A DNA stretch of 64,000 bases, from the NCBI GenBank assembly GCA_038207395.1, contig JBBQZW010000003.1, positions 115,760-179,759 on the forward strand. Reading direction: 5' to 3'. The translations under genes and the position numbers were made by a program. Below the pieces are notes generated by a model. The model was not told the origin of the DNA, made no database searches, and worked only from the letters and a program-made list of their open reading frames with translations. Numbering within the stretch: the stretch's first letter is position 1; each line of letters begins with the position of its first letter. This DNA comes from Minisyncoccia bacterium (lineage in GTDB: Bacteria; Patescibacteriota; Minisyncoccia; Phycocordibacterales; Phycocordibacteraceae). Below, one piece after another: positions 35,530-44,654 of the stretch.

Positions 35530-37770
35530 TTACTTCGCAACCTGTGCTGCCTCTTCAAACTTTATAGAAAGGAGTTTTGAGACACCATCACTTCCCATCG
35601 TGACACCGTAGAGAATACCAGCGCGGCTCATAGTTTCGCGGTTGTGTGAAATAACAATAAGCTGCGACTTCTTTGCAAGACTCTCAATCATGTCTCCGTA
35701 GCGGCGGCTATTCGCCTCATCAAGTGCTGCATCGGTCTCATCGAGAATAAGGAATGGCGGCGGGTTCACCTGACTCATAGCAAAGATAAGAGCAATGGAC
35801 GTAAGTGCACGCTCACCACCTGAAAGCTGAAGCAGTGACTGAACTCGTTTCTTAGGAAGGTGTACGGAAATATCAATACCTGGTTTAACGCGTTTTTGTG
35901 GGGCACTGCTTTCATCTCCTTCTTCCATATCAAATACATCTTCTTCATCAGCCAAAGCGGGTACTGATTCCTCAAGCACGAGTTTTGCACCCCCTCCGCC
36001 AAACATAAGGCTAAAGAACTCACCGAACGAAGAATTCACGGAGACGAGTCCTTCGTTAAAGGTGCGTGTGAGTTCGTCATCAAGGTTTTCGATAAGTTCA
36101 CGCAGTCCTGCTGATGACGCGGCGAGGTCTTCAAGTTCACGCGTGAGAAATGCTTCGCGTGCAACAGCATCGTCATATTCTTTCTTAACCTCATCACTTC
36201 CGCCGCCCGCTTCCTCTACACGTATTTTTAGACGCTCTAAAATACGTTTGCGATCTTCCTGAATCTGACGGGGTTCCTGCGGAAGCGCCGTAAGTGGTTC
36301 ATACGAAAGCGCTCGACTTCCCGCAAGAGCGAGCACTTCTCCTCGTTCGCGCTCAAGTGAGGAATGAAGGTATGAAAGCTCCTGGAGTCGAGCGTCCAGG
36401 CGCACAAGCGCCGCTTCTTCGCGTGCCTTTTCTTCTGCAAGTTTTAGCACACGGTGTCGTTCTTCACGTCCCGTTTCATCATGCGCCATGGATGCCTCGC
36501 GCGCCTTGAGGAGCGCAGTACGCGCTCCATCAATGCGCTCTGCAAGCTCTGAATCCTTCGCGAGTGCTATTTCCTGTTCACGGGTTAGGGAATGTACGAG
36601 CTGCTCTTCATCCTGAAGAAGATCTTCTCCTGCGTGTACGTGCTTCGTAAAGAACGCACTAATGGCACCTCGGAGTGCGCGGAGTGCTGCAGTTAGCGCA
36701 TGAGGATTAGCATGCTCATCTAGAGACATATGCTCTTGTGCTAAGTCCTGAAGCGCCTGAAGATCTTCACGCGTAACACGCACATCGTTTGCTTGCTGGA
36801 CGTTGCGGCCACGGCGCTTCGCAGCATCGAGAGCACCTTCAATACGTCCAAGCTCACGCCCCAGAGTACTGCGTTCGTTAGTTACTCGATCCACCTCTCG
36901 TTCAGCGTCTCGTATTCGCTGCGCGAATTTCATACCTTCTACGTCATGCGTTGTACGTTCATCGAAATCAATCAGCGCCTTAGTGGCAAACGTAAGTTTT
37001 TCTGCGGAGACGCCGCGCATACGCGCCGTTTCTTTTTGTTCCACCTCCAGATATTTCTCTTCTATCGCAAAATACGTCTGACAGGCCACCGCCAATTCTT
37101 CAATCAAGGACTCAGCACGCTCTATGCGTTCAACCTGTTTCTTTAGGAAACGAATATGCGGTGCGATCTCTCGGCGCAGACTCTCTACCTCTCGTACATT
37201 TGCATCAGTCTTTTCAAGCTTCCGCTCTGCATCCTGCTTTCGGAATTCAAATGCTTTTAACCCTAACGCATCTTCAAGCATTGAGCGGCGCTCTCGGGGA
37301 TGCGCAAGCAAAATACGATCAGCCTCACCTTGCGAAATAATGTGGTGGCCCGTCTCACCAATATTTGCTGTTGCTAAGAGTTCCTGCACGTCACGCAAAC
37401 GCACTTTTGATCCGTTAATCAAATACTCGCTTGAACCATCACGGAATACCGCGCGCTCAATACTTACTTCATCAAATTCAAGCTTTGGAAATAATCTGCT
37501 TCCTGCACGCGTTTCATTATCAAAAATGATGGTCACTGCCGCACGGTTTGAACGCGCACTCGCATGAGACCCGGCAAAGATAAGATCCTCGCTGCGCTTT
37601 CCACGCATAGATTTCATTGATTGCTCGCCAAGCGCAAACCGAAACGCTTCCGCAACATTGGATTTACCTGAACCATTAGGCCCAACAATGGCTGTCGTTG
37701 CAGACGAAAAATCAAGCACTGTTTTACGTGCAAAAGACTTAAACCCTGCGATCTCGAGTCGCTTCAACAT
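35530..37770 (-). CDS. smc: compact SMC-family chromosome-segregation ATPase (about 746 aa, no obvious hinge domain)
   Basis: N-terminal FKSF...GPNGSGKSN Walker A, C-terminal LSGGERALTSIALIFA signature and LILDETDAALD Walker B; adjacent to rnc as in the B. subtilis rnc-smc synteny. Confidence 0.75.
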   Translation of the reverse strand: MLKRLEIAGFKSFARKTVLDFSSATTAIVGPNGSGKSNVAEAFRFALGEQSMKSMRGKRSEDLIFAGSHASARSNRAAVTIIFDNETRAGSRLFPKLEFDEVSIERAVFRDGSSEYLINGSKVRLRDVQELLATANIGETGHHIISQGEADRILLAHPRERRSMLEDALGLKAFEFRKQDAERKLEKTDANVREVESLRREIAPHIRFLKKQVERIERAESLIEELAVACQTYFAIEEKYLEVEQKETARMRGVSAEKLTFATKALIDFDERTTHDVEGMKFAQRIRDAEREVDRVTNERSTLGRELGRIEGALDAAKRRGRNVQQANDVRVTREDLQALQDLAQEHMSLDEHANPHALTAALRALRGAISAFFTKHVHAGEDLLQDEEQLVHSLTREQEIALAKDSELAERIDGARTALLKAREASMAHDETGREERHRVLKLAEEKAREEAALVRLDARLQELSYLHSSLERERGEVLALAGSRALSYEPLTALPQEPRQIQEDRKRILERLKIRVEEAGGGSDEVKKEYDDAVAREAFLTRELEDLAASSAGLRELIENLDDELTRTFNEGLVSVNSSFGEFFSLMFGGGGAKLVLEESVPALADEEDVFDMEEGDESSAPQKRVKPGIDISVHLPKKRVQSLLQLSGGERALTSIALIFAMSQVNPPPFLILDETDAALDEANSRRYGDMIESLAKKSQLIVISHNRETMSRAGILYGVTMGSDGVSKLLSIKFEEAAQVAK

Positions 37771-37818
37771 TTGCTTTAGTATAGCGCACAAGACACGCGG
37801 GAATGAAATGCATACGGG

Positions 37819-37852
37819 ACAAAAAAAACAAAGGCCGCCTGGGAAGGCGGCC
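37819..37852 (-). terminator. rho-independent terminator (minus strand)
   Basis: GGCCGCCT-ggga-AGGCGGCC; minus strand followed by TTTGTTTTTTTTGT. Confidence 0.5.
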
Positions 37853-37884
37853 TAAAGAGTCTGTACCCTTTTGTAAATCAATCC

Positions 37885-37995
37885 TTACGGATCAATATTT
37901 CTTGCAGAATACTGCATCATACTTAGCAAGTATCTCCAGCCAATCCAACCAAGGATAATGACTGCAATGATTCCGCAAACGATAATTTCACTCAT
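37885..37995 (-). CDS. 36-aa small membrane protein, not in the ORF track
   Basis: GAGGAGG 5 nt upstream of ATG; MSEIIVCGIIAVIILGWIGWRYLL is a single TM helix. Confidence 0.4.
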   Translation of the reverse strand: MSEIIVCGIIAVIILGWIGWRYLLSMMQYSARNIDP

Positions 37996-38057
37996 ACTAC
38001 CTCCTCTTCTAAGAGAACGTGGCTACATACTCGTACCACCTCCAAGAAAACATCACA

Positions 38058-38744
38058 CTACCAGCCCGTTTTGTCAATTGCTGCCTGCGCTGCTGATTGT
38101 TCTGCTTCCTGCTTAGAATGTCCTTCTCCTTCAGCAATATGCTCATCTCCTACAAAGACACCCACACGAAATACTTTGTCATGATCAGGACCAACTTCAC
38201 TCAGAGTCTTATATCCAGGGGTCTTCCCTTTCTTCTCCTGCGCCAATTCCTGGAATTTACTCTTCGCATCCTGCCACGTCCGCGAACTTACGACAGGTTC
38301 AATTTTTGGATACAGATGTTTTGCGATGAACGCTTCTGCAGCCGCATACCCTTGGTCTAAATAGATTGCGCCGAGCAGTGCCTCAAAGGCATTTGCTAAA
38401 ATGATCTGGCGTGCACGCCCCGTATCTTTACTCTCACCTTTAGAAAGAAAGAGCATGTCGTTAAGACCAATCAATTCAGCACTCTCGGCAAGCGAAACGG
38501 TATTCACGAGCGCAGCGCGGAATGAGGTGAGGTCGCCTTCTGGTTTACGAGGGTATTTTGTAAATAGAAAATGCGTGACAGCGAGCTCAAGGACCGCGTC
38601 TCCCAAAAACTCAAGACGTTCATTGTGTGAGCGAGCATCCTTGTGCTCATTTAGGTAGGAACGGTGCGTTAATGCCTCTTCAAAGAAGCTGTAGTCGTTA
38701 AACGTGATGCCGAGTGCAGCGGCGTGCGCTGATAAGTCCTTCAT
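38058..38744 (-). CDS. rnc: ribonuclease III
   Basis: ERLEFLGDAVLELAV RNase III signature, C-terminal dsRBD. Confidence 0.85.
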   Translation of the reverse strand: MKDLSAHAAALGITFNDYSFFEEALTHRSYLNEHKDARSHNERLEFLGDAVLELAVTHFLFTKYPRKPEGDLTSFRAALVNTVSLAESAELIGLNDMLFLSKGESKDTGRARQIILANAFEALLGAIYLDQGYAAAEAFIAKHLYPKIEPVVSSRTWQDAKSKFQELAQEKKGKTPGYKTLSEVGPDHDKVFRVGVFVGDEHIAEGEGHSKQEAEQSAAQAAIDKTGW

Positions 38745-38865
38745 GTACTCACAGCTTGCCGTGTTAGGGGTAAAAAGACAAGATTATGCACTGCGGTAAA
38801 AAAGTATCCAAACATTAGACTCTTGAGATAGGCTTTCTTCAGTTCTATGCTAGGGTTCAGCTATT

Positions 38866-39492
38866 ATGTGTTTTTCTGCTACAGCAAGCTTCTTAGCAGC
38901 AACCACGCTAACTTCCGTTGGTGTAGTGACAGCAGTCTCAACAAAGGAAAAGAAAGAGCTTCCTCTAGCTCTTATTCCCGTATTCTTTGGAGTTCAACAA
39001 TTCATTGAAGGTTTCGTATGGCTTTCATTTTCTTGGAATAACGCCCTACTAAATACTGTTTCCACTAATCTTTTTGTACTATTCGCTTTTGTCATCTGGC
39101 CCATTTACATACCACACGCTGTCAGATTAGTTGAGACCGTGCCGTGGCGTCGGAAAGGCCTAACTATCCTTCAGGTCTTTGGTATTCTTGTCGGACTATT
39201 TCTCATCTACTCACATATCCACACTCCCGTAACGTCAGAAATAATAAACAAATGTATTGTCTATAACGCGAGTTACTCATTTGAACCATTTGTGGTGATT
39301 GCGTACCTTTCATCTACTGCCCTCAGCCTTCTTATCTCTAGTAAAAAGTCCATCCAAGTATTTGGTATCCTCGTACTTACCTCCGCTCTTATATCTTGGT
39401 GGTTTTACTTCAGACCATTCATCTCAGTATGGTGTTTCTTCGCTGCAATATTGAGTCTGTATATTTTTTTAGTTTTTAAGAAAGGCTTATAA
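38866..39492 (+). CDS. polytopic membrane protein (208 aa)
   Basis: About six hydrophobic segments; no recognisable family. Confidence 0.45.
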   Translation: MCFSATASFLAATTLTSVGVVTAVSTKEKKELPLALIPVFFGVQQFIEGFVWLSFSWNNALLNTVSTNLFVLFAFVIWPIYIPHAVRLVETVPWRRKGLTILQVFGILVGLFLIYSHIHTPVTSEIINKCIVYNASYSFEPFVVIAYLSSTALSLLISSKKSIQVFGILVLTSALISWWFYFRPFISVWCFFAAILSLYIFLVFKKGL

Positions 39493-39563
39493 TTGCTTAT
39501 TCATAGTAATTAAGCATTGGTCTTACTCACACAAACCACATCCTCAAAGTGTATTGTTACGAT

Positions 39564-39797
39564 ATGACTACCCAAGAATTCAAGATTAACGGCGAAGACC
39601 TTGTTTCTAAGGTGAAAGAGTTAGCGCATGAGAGCAGTATCCGTCGTATTATTATTAAGAACGAAAAAGGCGAAACTGTTCTTGAGGTGCCAATGACCGT
39701 AGGGGCTATTGGGGTAATCCTCCTCCCAACACTCGCGGCGATTGGAGCTGTCGCTGCACTTCTCACAAAATGTTCAATTATTGTTGAAAAGAAATAA
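39564..39797 (+). CDS. DUF4342-like protein with C-terminal TM segment
   Basis: FKINGEDLVSKVKELAHESSIRRIIIKNEKGETVLEVPMTVG resembles DUF4342 consensus. Confidence 0.45.
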   Translation: MTTQEFKINGEDLVSKVKELAHESSIRRIIIKNEKGETVLEVPMTVGAIGVILLPTLAAIGAVAALLTKCSIIVEKK

Positions 39798-39801
39798 TTA
39801 T

Positions 39802-39969
39802 ATGGAAAAAATCAGAATTGAGAATCATACATTTTCGGGAGGGCTTTGGATTGCGGCATGGCTCTTTACGATAGGATATCTGAATCTTTCATTCTGGACA
39901 GCAGTTCTTGCCGCACTTCTTTGGCCCTACTACCTAGGTAATTCGCTTAGTTATTTAAGCCTCCACTAA
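39802..39969 (+). CDS. small membrane protein (55 aa)
   Basis: ATG directly after the upstream stop; two TM helices. Confidence 0.35.
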   Translation: MEKIRIENHTFSGGLWIAAWLFTIGYLNLSFWTAVLAALLWPYYLGNSLSYLSLH

Positions 39970-39987
39970 CAGTACTAGTCAGGAGTC

Positions 39988-40605
39988 TTACACGCTTGCA
40001 AGCGCGAGTTTGGAAGAAGGTTCCCGAACAGTGATGTACCGCATCTTCCATGCTGCACGAAATGTTTCAACTGAAATTGTTTTCTGTCCACTCTTTGCCG
40101 CAGGGTCGTTGTAGTACACGAGACCATTCTTAACTCCGGTTACAACGACTAAATGAGGGATAGGGTTTTTAGGATCGAATTTATAGTGAACAGATGCGAT
40201 AACCGGACCTTGTGTGAGTGCATGGCTAAATGACGCGTACGCCGCGGCTGAACCTGAAGACGCCAGGTCTGTGGCGACACCAGTAAGACCATGCTGCTTA
40301 GCAACTTTGAGAAGACCGCTGTAAGTCCAGCCGGCTTCCGAATATGCACCTGCATTAATCCCCTCTGTTAGGAGCGTATCGACTGACACTGGTGATTTTT
40401 TATAAAAACTTATCAACATCGCTAGACTTGTTATGCCACAGCCAACCTTCTGCCACTTCGGCGAGGTTATGTTTGAGAACTGCGAATAGAAAGGAACGGT
40501 GGGAACAGCAGCAAGTGGGGATGAAACGGTTGTGACCGCACGTGCTGATAGTGGCGTAGAGACAACGACCGTCAATGCGATTAGCATTGGTATAAAGAGC
40601 TTCAT
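39988..40605 (-). CDS. secreted C39-like (papain-fold) cysteine peptidase domain protein
   Basis: Signal peptide; VGCGITSLAML candidate catalytic Cys block; downstream His HLVVVTG. Confidence 0.5.
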   Translation of the reverse strand: MKLFIPMLIALTVVVSTPLSARAVTTVSSPLAAVPTVPFYSQFSNITSPKWQKVGCGITSLAMLISFYKKSPVSVDTLLTEGINAGAYSEAGWTYSGLLKVAKQHGLTGVATDLASSGSAAAYASFSHALTQGPVIASVHYKFDPKNPIPHLVVVTGVKNGLVYYNDPAAKSGQKTISVETFRAAWKMRYITVREPSSKLALASV

Positions 40606-40644
40606 AGGCTCATCATCCCAGAGACTACGGATAACGCAACGCCC

Positions 40645-41547
40645 TTAAGGTTCTACCGATACCTTCATTCCAATATGAGCCCACAGATAAAGCTTCTTTG
40701 CATTTTCGGGAGAAAGATTCACACAGCCATGACTCCAAGGTTGTCCAAAACTGTTATGCCAATACGCTCCATGAATAACGTCCCCCTCGGAGGTAAAATA
40801 CAAATTCCAAGGCACACCTGGTAGGTCATATGCTTGCGAAGACACTCCAACGATTGGCCCTTGCATATAGCGACTTGGAGTCATTGCATACACCGTGAAG
40901 TTTCCTACAGGGGTAGGGGTCAGATTAAGACCATTTGATATTGACTCTTGCATGTATAGAATGTCACCGTCATAAGCATAGAGCATTTCTTCTGAGAGCT
41001 TCACCACGATTCGTTTGGTAGTGGTTTCTATTTCCCCCTTGATTAGCCGGTGATCACCATCGTCTTGCAATAACGTGACCGCGTCAGCTAGTACATACCA
41101 CCCAGTTTTCACTCGTTCAGGGTAGCGAAGTTCAGCATCTTGTTGAATCTTGTACCAGTCCTTACCATCCTTTCCGGTAACCGTGCCCGCAACCTTTAGC
41201 ACCATTCCATCGCGAAGGCGTAACACAACAGGAGACTCGGTGCTGGGGCCTGAGCGCATATTTACGCACGTTCCTTCGTATGACCAGTTACAACCTCCCG
41301 TTACCTCGATGTATGGAAATAGTTTTGGACTTACGGGAACTACTTCTGCAAGCACGTCCTCTGCTGGCGTGGTAGTAGCGTTAGTAATTAAATCAACGGC
41401 GGCAGGAAGCTTTGTGGGAGATGGGGATTGGAAAAGTATACCTATCGTAGCAGCGATAGCTATAGTAAGTACCCCCAGAATAAGAAGTGTCGCGCGCGGG
41501 CGTTCAGTGAAGAATATGGTGTTCATACACCGTTCTTCGTCATGCAT
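40645..41547 (-). CDS. L,D-transpeptidase (YkuD) with SH3b-like domain, membrane anchored
   Basis: C-terminal WSHGCVNLSPENA catalytic His-Gly-Cys motif; alternative start at 41526. Confidence 0.7.
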   Translation of the reverse strand: MHDEERCMNTIFFTERPRATLLILGVLTIAIAATIGILFQSPSPTKLPAAVDLITNATTTPAEDVLAEVVPVSPKLFPYIEVTGGCNWSYEGTCVNMRSGPSTESPVVLRLRDGMVLKVAGTVTGKDGKDWYKIQQDAELRYPERVKTGWYVLADAVTLLQDDGDHRLIKGEIETTTKRIVVKLSEEMLYAYDGDILYMQESISNGLNLTPTPVGNFTVYAMTPSRYMQGPIVGVSSQAYDLPGVPWNLYFTSEGDVIHGAYWHNSFGQPWSHGCVNLSPENAKKLYLWAHIGMKVSVEP

Positions 41548-41617
41548 TTACTATACTAAATTTTCTTAAAAAGTCCATTCTTGGCTCTTTCTGTCTATTG
41601 TAGACTTACGTAAATAC

Positions 41618-41646
41618 TTGACTAAATTCGTACATTATAGTATTTT
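41618..41646 (+). promoter_or_regulatory. candidate promoter: TTGACT, 17 nt spacer, TATTTT
   Basis: -35 hexamer TTGACT and AT-rich -10 about 130 nt upstream of the zf-trcl gene. Confidence 0.3.
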
Positions 41647-41777
41647 ATATAACGTTACGTTTCTCCATGAGAGTCGATGTTTACGGCTTATGCAGTTTCT
41701 ACTGCCCTTTTTACAACTAGGCCGTAAACACCATCTCTTATTGAGCCACGAAGCGGCACTTACTTATCTACAAACAT

Positions 41778-42392
41778 ATGGCTGAATACAAAAAGAATAC
41801 TCGTTTCGGAGGACCTTCCCGTCCTTCATTTAATCGTGGTGGAAATTCTGTTGGATACGCTGGCTCACGTGATTCACGTGGCGGCTCCCGCGATTTCGCT
41901 CAGAAAGAACTCTTTGACGCTGAGTGCGCAAAGTGTCATGACCGCTGCCAAGTTCCTTTCCGTCCTAACGGAAAGAAGCCCGTCTTCTGTGCAAAGTGCT
42001 TTACACAGGATTCTGAACGTGGTTCAGAGCGCAGTTCTGAAGGAAACAGTGGATACGCACATCCCGCAAAGCGTGAGTTCGGACCGTCTCGTGCACCCCG
42101 TTTTGATGCACCAGCACCATCTGCCTCAGCAGTTCCTGACCGAACCGTTCAGGAACTTAAGAATCAGATTGAACGCATGAATGTAACGCTTGAAAAACTC
42201 GTTACTGCCGTTGATACCTTCAACCGTGCAACAGCACTCACGAAAGAAATTCGTAAGCACTTCCCTGCAGATAAACCAGCTCCAGCGCCTGCAAAGAAAG
42301 TAAGTAAAGAAGAACCCGCAACAAAGCCTGTCGCTAAGAAAGCTGCTGCAAAGAAGCCCGTTAAGAGTGCAAAGTCTTCAAAGAAAGCGTAA
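41778..42392 (+). CDS. zf-trcl-type zinc-ribbon protein with RGG-like N-terminus and Lys/Ala/Pro-rich C-terminal tail
   Basis: CAKCHDRCQVPFRPNGKKPVFCAKCF matches the CxxC..FxVPFxP..RPVxCxxC zinc-ribbon (PF13451-like). Confidence 0.6.
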   Translation: MAEYKKNTRFGGPSRPSFNRGGNSVGYAGSRDSRGGSRDFAQKELFDAECAKCHDRCQVPFRPNGKKPVFCAKCFTQDSERGSERSSEGNSGYAHPAKREFGPSRAPRFDAPAPSASAVPDRTVQELKNQIERMNVTLEKLVTAVDTFNRATALTKEIRKHFPADKPAPAPAKKVSKEEPATKPVAKKAAAKKPVKSAKSSKKA

Positions 42393-42409
42393 GTAAAAAG
42401 TTTTAACGA

Positions 42410-42448
42410 AAAGCTGCGGCGCCAAAGGCGCCGCAGCTTTTCTTGTAT
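42410..42448. terminator. bidirectional terminator
   Basis: AAAAGCTGCGGCGCC-aaa-GGCGCCGCAGCTTTT. Confidence 0.6.
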
Positions 42449-42641
42449 AGAAACACAAAACCGCCAGCGTAAACCAGCGGAACGTGGAAAGCCGTCACTT
42501 TAGCCTCGCTGACGTCTCCCGGAGATAGAGGAAGCTGCGTTCTCTTACGAGACAGCATGGCTATAAATAGCCGATAGGTTTACTTAGCACCCACTAGAAG
42601 CAAGTATACGCTTCTTATCTAATTAAGCTAATTAACCCACC

Positions 42642-43556
42642 CTATCGATGCGCTACTGATTTCTCACGCGCCTTATCCAAAAGCTTCTGTACTGCTGCCG
42701 TTACGATAGGAAGCATGTCGTCATAGAAATTAAGATCAAGAATATCAGGAAGACGGAACCACTTCGCATCATCAAGTCCTCCGCTCTTCTTAAGCTCAAG
42801 CGTTTCGAATGGTGCCTGTACTAAATAGAAGTACACATGCTTACGTACTTTTCCCTTCTCAGGATGAGACGCAACGTATTCGTTTTCTCCAACCATCTCT
42901 TCAACCGTTGCCGTAAGTCCGAGCTCGCCGAGCACCACGCGCGCTACGCCCACTTCGTTCGTTGGATCTTCTTCAATATGCCCTTTAGAAAGAGTCCAGC
43001 GTCCAAATACATCATGCACAAGCGCAAGGTAATACTGACCTTCGTGTTCAGCATATACAATGGCTCCTCCAAGTTTTTCGAGTGGCAAGTCTTCGCGCTT
43101 AACACGCTCTTTCTTTCCCTTTTCATCTTTTCCTGGCTCACCGAGTTCTTTATATACGGCGCCAAGGACACCGTTCACGAAACGTCCTGAAGAATCTCCA
43201 CCGAACACCTTCGCAAGTTCGATAGCTTCGTTGATAGCAACTTTCGCAGGTACTTGTGTACGGTCAGCGAACAAAAGCTCAAAAAGCCCAATACGTAAAA
43301 TGTTTCTATCTACAGGCGCAATCTTATCCAAAGGCCAGTCCGGCGCTGCTTTCGTAATCACCAGGTCGAGGTCTTCGCGCTTTGCGAGAACTCCCTTGAG
43401 GAGAGCTTCCATAAACATCTTGTCTGTGTCCTCTCCGCCAAACTCATCTACGTTACGTGCAAGCATTACGGGAACCGCAGAAGGGTCTGCAGCGGTAGTG
43501 TCCCACTCAAAGAGTGTTTGCAGTACAACGGAGCGGGCTAAGTGGCGGTTGGCCAT
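42642..43556 (-). CDS. nusB: NusB antitermination factor fused to a C-terminal NUDIX-fold domain
   Basis: N-terminal ARSVVLQTLFEWD...KVAINEAIELAKVFGG...RFVNGVL is NusB; C-terminal GHIEEDPTNEVGVARVVLGELGL is a partially degenerate Nudix box. Confidence 0.65.
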   Translation of the reverse strand: MANRHLARSVVLQTLFEWDTTAADPSAVPVMLARNVDEFGGEDTDKMFMEALLKGVLAKREDLDLVITKAAPDWPLDKIAPVDRNILRIGLFELLFADRTQVPAKVAINEAIELAKVFGGDSSGRFVNGVLGAVYKELGEPGKDEKGKKERVKREDLPLEKLGGAIVYAEHEGQYYLALVHDVFGRWTLSKGHIEEDPTNEVGVARVVLGELGLTATVEEMVGENEYVASHPEKGKVRKHVYFYLVQAPFETLELKKSGGLDDAKWFRLPDILDLNFYDDMLPIVTAAVQKLLDKAREKSVAHR

Positions 43557-43666
43557 AGAAAGATCAGGTTTATATAAGAGTACCAGTCAAAGTGGGAAAT
43601 GCGCAACTGATAGCGTCTGTGTAGAACCCTAGCCATTTATGGAAATGGCGAATCTTTGGTAGTGTT

Positions 43667-44173
43667 ATGAGATCTATGAAGAATCTTTCACGATACTGGC
43701 CTATTCTGGCACTCTATCTACTATCTGCAGCACTGGCCGCATTCTCAGTTCAGTTCAATCAACATCCCGACTACATGTCCCATTTTATGGGCTTTGTGAT
43801 TGTGTTGTTCGGACTAAGTAAGGTCGGAGATATTTCTGGCTTTGCAAAAGGATTTGCTAAATACGACCCCATAGCTCGAAAAAGTTCAATCTATGCCAAG
43901 ACATATCCTTTCTTAGAGATTCTTCTTGGAATTCTCTTTATCGGACAGCTTTTCGTACTTCCTACTACACTCATTACATTCGTTATATATAGCGCTAGTT
44001 TGTGGGGAGCTCTACACTCAGTTAAAAAAGGTCAAAAACTTCAATGCGTCTGTCTTGGCACATTCATTGCCCTTCCCCTTTCTACCGTTACCCTGCTCGA
44101 AGCAGTATTTATGATTGGCATGTGTATCTGGATGCTTTTCATGCTATTTCTTATGCCAGGTATGGTCATGTAG
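43667..44173 (+). CDS. DoxX/MauE-like membrane protein
   Basis: Four TM helices, QCVCLG motif reminiscent of the MauE/DoxX family. Confidence 0.4.
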   Translation: MRSMKNLSRYWPILALYLLSAALAAFSVQFNQHPDYMSHFMGFVIVLFGLSKVGDISGFAKGFAKYDPIARKSSIYAKTYPFLEILLGILFIGQLFVLPTTLITFVIYSASLWGALHSVKKGQKLQCVCLGTFIALPLSTVTLLEAVFMIGMCIWMLFMLFLMPGMVM

Positions 44174-44197
44174 TACTCAGTGCTTGGTAGGTCTGCG

Positions 44198-44245
44198 GTA
44201 CGAAAAGAAAGAAGCGCAGCCAAGGCTGCGCTTCTTTCTTTTTTA
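44198..44245. terminator. bidirectional terminator
   Basis: GAAAGAAGCGCAGCC-aagg-GGCTGCGCTTCTTTC then TTTTTT. Confidence 0.6.
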
Positions 44246-44263
44246 GGTATCTAAGAAATTCGA

Positions 44264-44626
44264 CTATGCTCCCCCACCAAATCCAGAACGTGACTTTGCC
44301 TTTCCAAGTGTCATGCGGCCCATGAGACCTTTCTTGTCTGTGTTTGTCGTTGTATCAATGTGGATTGGCTCCTTTGCTCCCTCTATATGATCGTGATCAT
44401 GTTCTTTCTTTCCCTTAGCAATTTTCTTCTCGTGCTCTGCCTTGGCCTTCATTTCCTTCTTAGGAAGGATCTGCTTACCGCGGTACATACCGGTGGTTTC
44501 ATCCAAACGGTGTGGGAGACGGAGCGCACCGCTTTCTTTATCGGCTACGATCGAATTAGCCGTAAGCGCGTGGTGGCTTCGTCGGTTTTTGCTATGGGAA
44601 CTGGTGTGGCGCATTCGTACTGACAT
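44264..44626 (-). CDS. rpmF: 50S ribosomal protein L32 with 60-aa Lys/Glu/His-rich C-terminal extension
   Basis: N-terminal [22 protein letters not shown]...[13 protein letters not shown] matches bL32; total 120 aa against a typical 57. Confidence 0.7.
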   Translation of the reverse strand: MSVRMRHTSSHSKNRRSHHALTANSIVADKESGALRLPHRLDETTGMYRGKQILPKKEMKAKAEHEKKIAKGKKEHDHDHIEGAKEPIHIDTTTNTDKKGLMGRMTLGKAKSRSGFGGGA

Positions 44627-44654
44627 ATGTTTAGGACAATACCATATACCGCGC

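Noticed and set aside
35530-37770. SMC-like ATPase as a Lamassu-type (LmuB) defence component with the downstream 152-aa ORF as partner
   Set aside because: The gene sits directly downstream of rnc in the conserved housekeeping rnc-smc arrangement. It has full SMC head motifs, and no effector-domain (LmuA-like) gene is adjacent.
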